A stretch of DNA of 45,589 nucleotides from Candidatus Saccharimonadales bacterium (GTDB taxonomy: Bacteria; Patescibacteriota; Saccharimonadia; Saccharimonadales; OMJO01). This document shows, piece by piece, positions 36,773-44,431 of this stretch (the stretch's first letter is position 1; the number at the start of each line of letters is the position of its first letter). The notes under the pieces are model-generated. The model was not told where the DNA came from. It saw nothing but the letters and a program-made list of their open reading frames with translations, and did not search any database. The DNA lies in contig DATIID010000005.1 of NCBI GenBank assembly GCA_035480035.1, positions 1-45,589 on the forward strand. The letters run 5' to 3'. Position numbers and translations under genes: made by a program.

Positions 36773-36848
36773 TGGAGCCGATAGGCGGATTCGAACCGCC
36801 GACCTTCACTTTACGAAAGTGCTGCTCTACCAACTGAGCTACATCGGC
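36773..36848 (-). tRNA. tRNA-Thr (CGU)
   Basis: Cloverleaf folds by hand. Anticodon loop is UUCGUAA and CCA is encoded. TATAAT lies 9 nt upstream of the mature 5' end. Confidence 0.92.
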
Positions 36849-36889
36849 ACAACGCCAATTATAGCTGAGGAGAAATTAATAATTATAAA

Positions 36890-37126
36890 TTAAAGTGAAG
36901 CTTCTCGGCTGGCTTGTAGATAAGCACCGGGTGCTTCGGGTCTGTCTATTAAACCGTGCGCGACTTCTTCGCGCACAGCAATTCGGGCAACCAATCTCAT
37001 AGCCCGTGGAGAAAGTTGATCAGCCGGGATGCCAGCCAACTCCAGTTTGTCAAAAAAAAGCCCGGTTGCCGGCAAATCGCCTTCTTCGCAACCTAAATTA
37101 GATAATAGCTCGCTGTTAATAGCCAT
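36890..37126 (-). CDS. hypothetical protein, 78 aa
   Basis: ORF only. TATAAT and a copy of the GCTCAAGgTTG motif (37176-37190) lie upstream. Confidence 0.4.
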   Translation of the reverse strand: MAINSELLSNLGCEEGDLPATGLFFDKLELAGIPADQLSPRAMRLVARIAVREEVAHGLIDRPEAPGAYLQASREASL

Positions 37127-37198
37127 ATTTTTATTCTTTACTAACTCCTATTAACATTATAGACCCCTAAGTCAACAACCTTGAGCATTTGGAGTCGT

Positions 37199-38146
37199 TT
37201 ATGGATTATAGAAGTTATAAATTTGCTGAGACAAAGCTCGAACATCGCCAATACTTGCGCCATCAGTCATGATAACCAATACATAAGTCGCTTTAGAGCT
37301 ATAAACTATCGCAACGTCGTCATTAGTAGTGTTAAGGTTACCAGTTTTATCAGCTACAACTGAGCCGCCGGACCCGGCCGGGATACCACTACGATAAACT
37401 TGGTTTTTCATTAAACCAAGTAAGTATGATGTGTGTTCGGCATTTAATAATTTGCCGCTGTAAAGATTAATTAACAGATTGCCGAAGTCACGTGATGAGC
37501 TTGATAATGTACCACGGGGGCTATCGAGAGCCGTTTGAGTATAGCCAGAAGCTTGAACAAATAAAGTCATGGTATGCCAGCCAAGCATGCCACCAATCGC
37601 TTCGCCGCAGTCATTGTCAGAGTACAAAATAGCCTGCCTTAAACAGTAATCCAAAGTGCCAAAACCAGTTGGCGTCGACATACTCCAGACCCCTTGCTCA
37701 ACTTTGATTAGAGCGTTATAGGCGGCGAATAATTTGTAAGTACTGGCCGTAAGCATTTGATTATTAGCGTTGTAGCTGACGTTATTGACTGGATTTTTAA
37801 GATTGAAAAGACTAACTGAGTATTTACCAGCATGGGAATTGGCATAATCAGTAATGATTTTAGTTAGGGCCGCATTGTCGGCTTTGCTGTGATCGGGTGG
37901 CGCCAAAGCGGCAGCTGCCACTTTTGGATCCAACTGAAAAGTTGGGACTTTGATTGAGTTCAATTCTTTAGCCGCGGCACTTTCAGAGACATCGATTGGT
38001 AAGTTGCGAACTAATGAAATAATTGGCAAATTAACTAGTAAAATTACAGTCAACGCAAAGGCCAACGCTTGAATCGCATTACGCTGACGGTGTGGTGAGT
38101 GAATGGCTGAATTAAACTCAAATTCAGCAAACTGGAGAGGGTTCAT
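37199..38146 (-). CDS. class A beta-lactamase / PBP-like serine hydrolase, N-terminally anchored
   Basis: STYK (SxxK), SDN and KTG motifs occur in the correct order and spacing. N-terminal TM helix present. Confidence 0.65.
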   Translation of the reverse strand: MNPLQFAEFEFNSAIHSPHRQRNAIQALAFALTVILLVNLPIISLVRNLPIDVSESAAAKELNSIKVPTFQLDPKVAAAALAPPDHSKADNAALTKIITDYANSHAGKYSVSLFNLKNPVNNVSYNANNQMLTASTYKLFAAYNALIKVEQGVWSMSTPTGFGTLDYCLRQAILYSDNDCGEAIGGMLGWHTMTLFVQASGYTQTALDSPRGTLSSSSRDFGNLLINLYSGKLLNAEHTSYLLGLMKNQVYRSGIPAGSGGSVVADKTGNLNTTNDDVAIVYSSKATYVLVIMTDGASIGDVRALSQQIYNFYNP

Positions 38147-38245
38147 TTTGTTTTAATTATTTATTTGAAGTTAGGACTTCAAGCTTATGGTAGTTCTGTT
38201 TTTACCTCAAAGCAAGAGGTTTTTGTCTATAACAGTTTTGTGATT

Positions 38246-38809
38246 TTACATTATGATAATCGGATGAGCTTCACTGACGATGGTCATAACCTCCTGAGCG
38301 TCAGCTTCTGATACAAAACTTAACCCAAGCTCATTTTCTAAACTTTGGTCTTCTCTTTCAGCCTGTAATTTTTGTGATTCATTAGTCCCAAGTACTGACG
38401 CAATCGATTTGGCTTGGGCCCATTGGCCCAAAGACATTATTGGCTTGTGTAACTTAGTTTGACGTGACATCTGCAGGCCGTCTGGCGATTCAGAAACTGT
38501 AAACGTAGTTTTCAAAAACTCCGGCTGATCTGAGGAATCATGGTAAACCGAAACTTCGATTACTTTTCCAGCCGGATTACGGCTAGCGGTAGGCCCATAT
38601 CGCATAACATTAATGATTTCAGCATAATGATTCGGCCGTTGTAATTTTCTGGATTTCCATATAGTTTTGGGCAATAGTTCACCGACCTTGTTGCTAACAA
38701 GCTCAACAAGAGCTGTTTTGGTCGCTTCAGTAACAGGTTGCATAGCCTCGAGACTATCGTCGATCTCCGGGTGCTTTGAGGGTTCTTCAAATAAACTATC
38801 GTATTCCAC
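38246..38809 (-). CDS. hypothetical protein, 187 aa
   Basis: ORF only. No family recognised. Confidence 0.5.
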   Translation of the reverse strand: MEYDSLFEEPSKHPEIDDSLEAMQPVTEATKTALVELVSNKVGELLPKTIWKSRKLQRPNHYAEIINVMRYGPTASRNPAGKVIEVSVYHDSSDQPEFLKTTFTVSESPDGLQMSRQTKLHKPIMSLGQWAQAKSIASVLGTNESQKLQAEREDQSLENELGLSFVSEADAQEVMTIVSEAHPIIIM

Positions 38810-38908
38810 ACTATTATCACATCATTAAATAGTTTATAAATCAATCATTAGATTAGTTGAGTTTGCTTTTTACCTCTGTAACTGATACTATCTTTCCAGT
38901 CAAAATAC

Positions 38909-38985
38909 GGGCTCGTAGTGAAGAGGCCTATCACGCCTCCCTGTCACGGAGGAGATCGCCGGTTCGAATCCGGTCGGGCCCGCCA
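38909..38985 (+). tRNA. tRNA-Asp (GUC)
   Basis: Cloverleaf folds by hand. Anticodon loop is CUGUCAC and CCA is encoded. TTGCTT-17-TACTAT promoter lies upstream. Confidence 0.92.
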
Positions 38986-39010
38986 GGATATGTAAGGTAA
39001 AGTTATCCCA

Positions 39011-39382
39011 ATGACTGAAAAAATTGAATTATCATCTGAGCCAGTGGAATTTGGGGAAAATATAGACTTGATGGGAGCCGTCAGGGTTCTAGGAGTTGCT
39101 GCCTGTCTAGCCGCAGAAGTGGCCGAAAGCGAACTACTTGTGCCTTTGATAACGGGTGTTTATGCTCTTGAAGTCGCGCAAGCAGTTGTTAAACATCCAC
39201 CAAAAGAATTTGTAGGGTTAGTTGCTAAACGAGAGTTTAAAAACGCATCTATGAACGGTATAAATTACGCCTTCTCGATTGGTAAACACGTTTTAAAAAA
39301 TGGCGCAGTTACTGCAGCGCTGGTTGGGCAAACTAACCTGATGCGTAAAGCCGTACAACAAAGCCATCATTTAAAAACCTAA
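39011..39382 (+). CDS. hypothetical protein, 123 aa
   Basis: Starts 25 nt after tRNA-Asp with no intervening promoter. Ala/Val-rich, possibly membrane-associated. Confidence 0.45.
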   Translation: MTEKIELSSEPVEFGENIDLMGAVRVLGVAACLAAEVAESELLVPLITGVYALEVAQAVVKHPPKEFVGLVAKREFKNASMNGINYAFSIGKHVLKNGAVTAALVGQTNLMRKAVQQSHHLKT

Positions 39383-39435
39383 TCCTATAACCCACTAATA
39401 TTGACTTTTTGTACTGCTTATGGTAATATGACTTT

Positions 39436-39993
39436 ATGAGTGAACAAAACAGACACCCCGATAACATAGAAGAACTTTTGCACCAGGAAGCTGTTGAAAT
39501 TTTTGGGCCGGAACGTATGGCTCAACTCCAGGGTCACGAAGCTACTGAAGAATCAACCCAAGAACTCATTAACGCTGTGTCGGCTCTGTGTGCTGAACCT
39601 GTATCAACAGAGCATCATGGACTTCATTTCCGTGACCTTCAAAGAAGTAAGGGCAAGCCTTTGCACATAAAGACAAACCCAACTGGTATAACAGGATTTG
39701 GCGATAATCAAGCTGATGCCGCCACTGTGAGTATAAGCAATTTAAAAAGTGGCAGAGCCCCCCGACCTAGACACTACCCTCCATTTGGATATGAATTTCA
39801 AGAGTCAATTTTTGTTGACCATGACGGAGTTGCAAAAATAGGACGTGCTGTTTGGGCACGCCTTGGAAACGTTACACAACCGAGTGCAGTAAAACGTGCT
39901 AGTGAAGATGAAATTCAGGAGGCTCTAGACATCCTTGCTGACGCAGTTCACTACCATGATGAATTAAATGCAAAGACAGAATCTGCAAAATAG
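39436..39993 (+). CDS. hypothetical protein, 185 aa
   Basis: TTGACT-17-(TGG)TAATAT promoter ends 6 nt before the ATG (leaderless geometry). Confidence 0.55.
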   Translation: MSEQNRHPDNIEELLHQEAVEIFGPERMAQLQGHEATEESTQELINAVSALCAEPVSTEHHGLHFRDLQRSKGKPLHIKTNPTGITGFGDNQADAATVSISNLKSGRAPRPRHYPPFGYEFQESIFVDHDGVAKIGRAVWARLGNVTQPSAVKRASEDEIQEALDILADAVHYHDELNAKTESAK

Positions 39994-40088
39994 CTCCATA
40001 GCTGTTCAGTGAAGACGACCAGATTGACATTTTGTAATTATTATGCTATTATTAATCCTGTAATCTCAGAAATAAAAGGATTTAAGAT

Positions 40089-40367
40089 ATGGCATGGAAA
40101 TATCACGAACATCAACAACACGCTAGTTTTGACGAAGCGGCTACTCTTGCGAAAGCTACAGCAGATCTTGGTTATGGTAAAGTAACTGCCCTTGCTAACG
40201 AAGGCGACCAGTATAAAAACCATCTTGGTGATGACAGAGTAGTTGAAGGTGGGCACATGCTTATTAAGCTAAGTGGTGATTTCCCTGAAACTACCGATGC
40301 TGTTTACGCACATGCAGAGCAAATTCAGCGAGAACACGCTCCCCAAAGTCCTGAACAAGCAAAATAA
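40089..40367 (+). CDS. hypothetical protein, 92 aa
   Basis: TTGACA-17-TATTAT promoter at about 40025-40053. No family recognised. Confidence 0.5.
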   Translation: MAWKYHEHQQHASFDEAATLAKATADLGYGKVTALANEGDQYKNHLGDDRVVEGGHMLIKLSGDFPETTDAVYAHAEQIQREHAPQSPEQAK

Positions 40368-40404
40368 TTCCACGCCCGTTCTGTTAAGGTCAACAATTTC
40401 AAAT

Positions 40405-40794
40405 TTATTTGTCTTGAAGAACGGCTAATATGTTGCCGGCTGGATCTTTGAACCAGGCAATGTCTGGCCCTTGATTAACAGATAATCCTCGAGCTATTCC
40501 CTTTTCATCTTGATTCATAGGCATGTTGTTGTAATGTTCAAATTCAACCCCGTCAGTAACCAGCTCATCGACAGCTTTATCGATGTCATCAACCACAAAA
40601 TTGAGAATAGTAAAAGATGCTGGCTGGTGGTCTTTTTTATCATAAATAAAGATTTCTCCACCGTAAGGTAATCCGAGATTGAGCCCCATGGAATCGTCTC
40701 GCAATTTAAGCCCCAAAACTTTTACGTAAAAATCTTTAGCCTTGGCTAAATCATCGACTGAAAAACCACTAAAAACTGCATTTGCTTGTAACAT
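40405..40794 (-). CDS. VOC (glyoxalase/bleomycin-resistance) family protein
   Basis: FSGFSVDDLAKAKDFYVKVLGL ... FKDPAGNILAV. I prefer the start at MLQANAVF (40794) over the track start at 40866. Confidence 0.65.
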   Translation of the reverse strand: MLQANAVFSGFSVDDLAKAKDFYVKVLGLKLRDDSMGLNLGLPYGGEIFIYDKKDHQPASFTILNFVVDDIDKAVDELVTDGVEFEHYNNMPMNQDEKGIARGLSVNQGPDIAWFKDPAGNILAVLQDK

Positions 40795-40889
40795 ATTAAG
40801 ATCCCCCTTCAAAGATTTACATATTAATGTTAACACTCTCGACTGAAGTAAAAAATTTGTCGACATCTTTTTAGAATTTATTTATAGTT

Positions 40890-41141
40890 ATGCTTATGGC
40901 GCAAAAACGCAAAAGTCCTAAGCCCAAAGCCGGTGCCTGGTTTATAAAAGTTAGGGGCAGTTATCTACCTGCTAGTTCGGCCGGTTGGTTGTTATATTTG
41001 CCCTATACCGTATACCTTGTTTTTACATTGGTAGCCGCGCTGAACCAGACGAGTTCATGGCAGCTGGCGTTTTTATTTATCATTCCTAATTGGATAGCTG
41101 CTTTCGGACTTATGACTTATATAGCTAGCAAGAAAAGCTAA
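40890..41141 (+). CDS. small membrane protein, 83 aa
   Basis: Basic N-terminus followed by two hydrophobic helices. Confidence 0.45.
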   Translation: MLMAQKRKSPKPKAGAWFIKVRGSYLPASSAGWLLYLPYTVYLVFTLVAALNQTSSWQLAFLFIIPNWIAAFGLMTYIASKKS

Positions 41142-41190
41142 TAAACATCTGACTTCTTCTAACCAGAAACACCATTTTAGTGGTTAGGTT

Positions 41191-41631
41191 TTAGTCTTTT
41201 TCTGTTGATTTTTGATCTATTAATAAGCCAATGCGCTCTGGCCGATTAATACCTATTAAGCCCAAGAATTTAGTTAATCTGGTTGGCTCAGTCCTTGGAC
41301 GCTCATAAAACGGTCCAGACCAGCCATCACGCTGCAATTGACTATTTTTAAGACCCAAACCGATTGCGTTGTAGACCAAAGACTCAACGTCAACCCCGCG
41401 TGAGGCAGCCTCTTCATGGTAGGGTTGAGCGGCTTCACCTTGTAAGGTAATTCGGATTCTGGGTACCGAGGGGGTCTTATTATCTACGTGAGGAACTATT
41501 TGGAGTTCATGATTAATAGATTCTGATAGTTCATCTAGAGATTCAACAGACCCGTGTTCTGGGTTTTGGGTACTTAAATCCGTGAACGATAGACTGTGAA
41601 CTTCAGTTTGAGCAGAATTATTTCTAACCAT
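41191..41631 (-). CDS. hypothetical protein, 146 aa, possible ribbon-helix-helix segment
   Basis: RIRITLQGEAAQPYHEEAASRGVDVESLVYNAI resembles a CopG/Arc-type strand-helix-helix (weak). Confidence 0.4.
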   Translation of the reverse strand: MVRNNSAQTEVHSLSFTDLSTQNPEHGSVESLDELSESINHELQIVPHVDNKTPSVPRIRITLQGEAAQPYHEEAASRGVDVESLVYNAIGLGLKNSQLQRDGWSGPFYERPRTEPTRLTKFLGLIGINRPERIGLLIDQKSTEKD

Positions 41632-41726
41632 AAATCTCCCTTAGTTATTGATAAATACTTAACTATATTTAAAAAGCCATCTGTTAGTTATATCACCCTT
41701 ACTTCTATAGACTAACTACAGTTTTT

Positions 41727-41945
41727 GTGTTATTGTTTACGTTTATGAAATTAGCGTTTGATAACGACCCTGACCACCGACCATTTGATAATCGTCCAAA
41801 TGGTCATCCCGGACCATTGCTAAAAATTTCACCCGATGAAGTTGATGAGTTATTTAACACCCCTTCCCTTATTAGCGAGGCTGCTTCCTTAGTTTTGTCC
41901 AGCGCCAATGTAATTGTTGCTGACACCGACTCTGGGAACAGCTAG
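41727..41945 (+). CDS. hypothetical protein, ~66-72 aa
   Basis: ORF only. Divergent from the 146-aa ORF. Confidence 0.35.
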   Translation: MLLFTFMKLAFDNDPDHRPFDNRPNGHPGPLLKISPDEVDELFNTPSLISEAASLVLSSANVIVADTDSGNS

Positions 41946-41996
41946 GTAAAGCGCTTCTGGTTGATTATTTTGTGTTTTTGTGGTATTATTTAGTTT

Positions 41997-42998
41997 ATGA
42001 CAGGAGTAAACGGCGACAAAGCTCCCAATATCGCCCTGATTGGTGGCGGTACTGGTAGTTTTACCCTATTACAAGAGCTAAAGGACATTACACCGAACAT
42101 TTCGGCGATTGTTAACATGAGTGACGATGGTGGTTCGACTGGTGTTTTACGTGATGAATTAGGTGTTTTGCCCCCTGGTGATGTACGTCAGTGTTTGGTG
42201 GCCTTGAGTGATTCTCCAGTCGCACGTGAGATTTTCAATTACCGCTTTGGTGGCAAGAGTCGGTTTAGCGGCCATACCATTGGTAACCTTATTTTAGCCG
42301 GTCTGGAGCTTAAAGACGGCAGTTTTGACCAAGCCCTTAAAGATGCTAGCTCGTTATTACAAATTACTGGCCAGGTTATCCCGGTCACCCTCGAGCAACA
42401 CGTGTTGACCATGCTTGATGGCGACGAATTAATTAAAGGTGAACATAAGATTGGTCATCGTCCAATTAATAGCCAAGGCGCCAAGGTCTCGCTTGAGCCA
42501 TATGCCAAGCTAAATCCAGAGGCCAAATCAGCTATTCGGGACGCTGATTTAGTAATGATTGCGCCTGGCAATTTGTACGGCTCAATCTTGCCCTCCCTAG
42601 CCGTCGACGGTATGCGCGAAGCCTTTGAAAAAAGCAAAGCAAAGCGAGTGATGATTAGCAATTTAGTCACTAAACCTGGCCAAACTACTGATTGGCACGT
42701 CGTTGATTATGCCAAAACTATTGAGCAGTACATCGGTGAAGACAGTCTAGATTATGTTTTATATAACCAAGATTTGCCGTCAAGTGAATTGCTTGAAAAG
42801 TATGCTGCTGAAGGCGAATTCCCAGTTCGAACCGAGCCAGAGCGTTTCAGTGAAATTTCGGCTCAAGCCATCGGCGCTAATCTAGTCGCCAGTAATTTCG
42901 CCCATCAAGATGAAAACGATAAGGCCATCCGTCGGACTTTAATCCGACATGATGCTCATCAAGTTGGACGTCAATTAATGGGTATTTTATATCAATAA
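41997..42998 (+). CDS. yvcK: YvcK/CofD-family gluconeogenesis factor
   Basis: GGGTGSFTLLQEL ... NMSDDGGSTGVLRDELGVLPPGDVRQCLVAL. TTGATT-17-(TGG)TATTAT promoter ends 7 nt before the ATG. Confidence 0.85.
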   Translation: MTGVNGDKAPNIALIGGGTGSFTLLQELKDITPNISAIVNMSDDGGSTGVLRDELGVLPPGDVRQCLVALSDSPVAREIFNYRFGGKSRFSGHTIGNLILAGLELKDGSFDQALKDASSLLQITGQVIPVTLEQHVLTMLDGDELIKGEHKIGHRPINSQGAKVSLEPYAKLNPEAKSAIRDADLVMIAPGNLYGSILPSLAVDGMREAFEKSKAKRVMISNLVTKPGQTTDWHVVDYAKTIEQYIGEDSLDYVLYNQDLPSSELLEKYAAEGEFPVRTEPERFSEISAQAIGANLVASNFAHQDENDKAIRRTLIRHDAHQVGRQLMGILYQ

Positions 42999-43008
42999 GG
43001 CAGCCGAG

Positions 43009-43272
43009 ATGAACGATCGAGAACGTGAACCTGGCGTTTGGCAAAACATTAGTGTTGGCCGGGTGTTAGCGGTTGGCGCCTCTGTTCTGACAGCCGCCGG
43101 TTTAGTTGGTGTTCCGTTGCAAGTTGCAATTGATCAAGGTAATCGCCCAGCCGAACCGCAGGTAACTTATAATCCCTTAACTTGGGCAGCTACACCAATC
43201 AGTAACTGGATCGAAAACATCACTTCCCCAGACTTACCACAGCCAACCACGACAGCTGAATATCAACCTTAG
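43009..43272 (+). CDS. small membrane-anchored protein, 87 aa
   Basis: One hydrophobic helix. Starts 10 nt after yvcK. Confidence 0.45.
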   Translation: MNDREREPGVWQNISVGRVLAVGASVLTAAGLVGVPLQVAIDQGNRPAEPQVTYNPLTWAATPISNWIENITSPDLPQPTTTAEYQP

Positions 43273-43329
43273 TTTAATACCTCAAGATCGTGTCGCGCTT
43301 TTAAGCATAAATGATATAATAGGCGCGGA

Positions 43330-44319
43330 ATGTATGAAAAATTAAAAATAATACATCATAGTCACACTGGTCGTTTAAAACCTCACGAGTTTACATCTTA
43401 CCTCCCACTAGCTTTCATGGTGTTTATCACGGGTGTGGTTTTGCTAATTGCTACTTTCCCACAGGTTTCGGCCAGCGATCCACCACCTCAGTCAGGTTCA
43501 ATCGGTCTAACTGGTGTAGTACCTTCTCCGCCGCCCAAAACTCCAGCCGTTATTTTATCGCCGACTAATAATCAACACTTTAAAACTTCTCCGATTACCG
43601 TTTCTGGCACCTGCCCGAGCGGGACTTTGGTTGAAATCTATAAAAATAACATTTTCGCCGGGTCTGCTCAGTGTGATTCTAGTGGCAGATTTGCCTTTGA
43701 TATCGATCTACTATTCGGTCAGAATGTTATCACCGCTCTAGTTTATGATGCCCTCAATCAGGCAGGTCCAGCGTCGAACTCAGTTACAGTCTATTTTGAT
43801 TCGGTACTGCCACCAAATAGTCCGCTCAGCCTCTTAAACTTAGGTGGTGAACAACTATTACTGAATACTAATGCTGTTTATAGGGGTGCCTTCCCTGATC
43901 AAATGCTAAATGTGCCAGTGAGCATCATTGGTGGTACACCCCCGTATGCAGTAACCGTGGAGTGGGGTGATTCTAATGATAAAGTTATTCCTCGGAGTAA
44001 TAACGAAACTTTTAACGCTGGACACGCCTACAAGAAGCCAGGAACCTTTCAGATTACACTTAAGGGTGTTGATAGCCAACAGAGAACGGCATTTTTAACA
44101 GTGGCGGCGATAATCAATGGCCAACCAGCAGCACTTGTTCCCTCTGCTAGCACTCTAAAGCATTCCGTGAACAAAATTTTGATGCTCTGGCCCATCTACA
44201 CAATAGCTGTTACCACGGTCATTAGCTTCTGGTTAGGCGAGCGACGTGAGAAGCGTATTTTGGGTAAAACGCTCTCGGCTCAGCGCCCACCCCTGGGAAC
44301 GCCTGCCCCACAACCCTGA
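43330..44319 (+). CDS. membrane-anchored protein with Ig-like and PKD-like domains
   Basis: N-terminal TM helix. VTVEWGDSND ... HAYKKPGTFQITLKGVD is a PKD signature. C-terminal TM helix present. Confidence 0.6.
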   Translation: MYEKLKIIHHSHTGRLKPHEFTSYLPLAFMVFITGVVLLIATFPQVSASDPPPQSGSIGLTGVVPSPPPKTPAVILSPTNNQHFKTSPITVSGTCPSGTLVEIYKNNIFAGSAQCDSSGRFAFDIDLLFGQNVITALVYDALNQAGPASNSVTVYFDSVLPPNSPLSLLNLGGEQLLLNTNAVYRGAFPDQMLNVPVSIIGGTPPYAVTVEWGDSNDKVIPRSNNETFNAGHAYKKPGTFQITLKGVDSQQRTAFLTVAAIINGQPAALVPSASTLKHSVNKILMLWPIYTIAVTTVISFWLGERREKRILGKTLSAQRPPLGTPAPQP

Positions 44320-44431
44320 TAAAAACACTTGCTTACTTTATTTATAAAGCTTATACTTATCATCAGATAGAGAATCACGGCAAAAATAGCCGTCTCCCTA
44401 AGCACAAATAAATAACAAAAAAAGACAAAAA

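Noticed and set aside
38909-41990. Integrated element with att repeat of the tRNA-Asp 3' end
   Set aside because: I could not find a second copy of the tRNA-Asp 3' segment (GGTTCGAATCCGGTCGGGCCCGCCA or a 12-nt or longer part) downstream, and no integrase is present. This needs a computational repeat search to be definitive.
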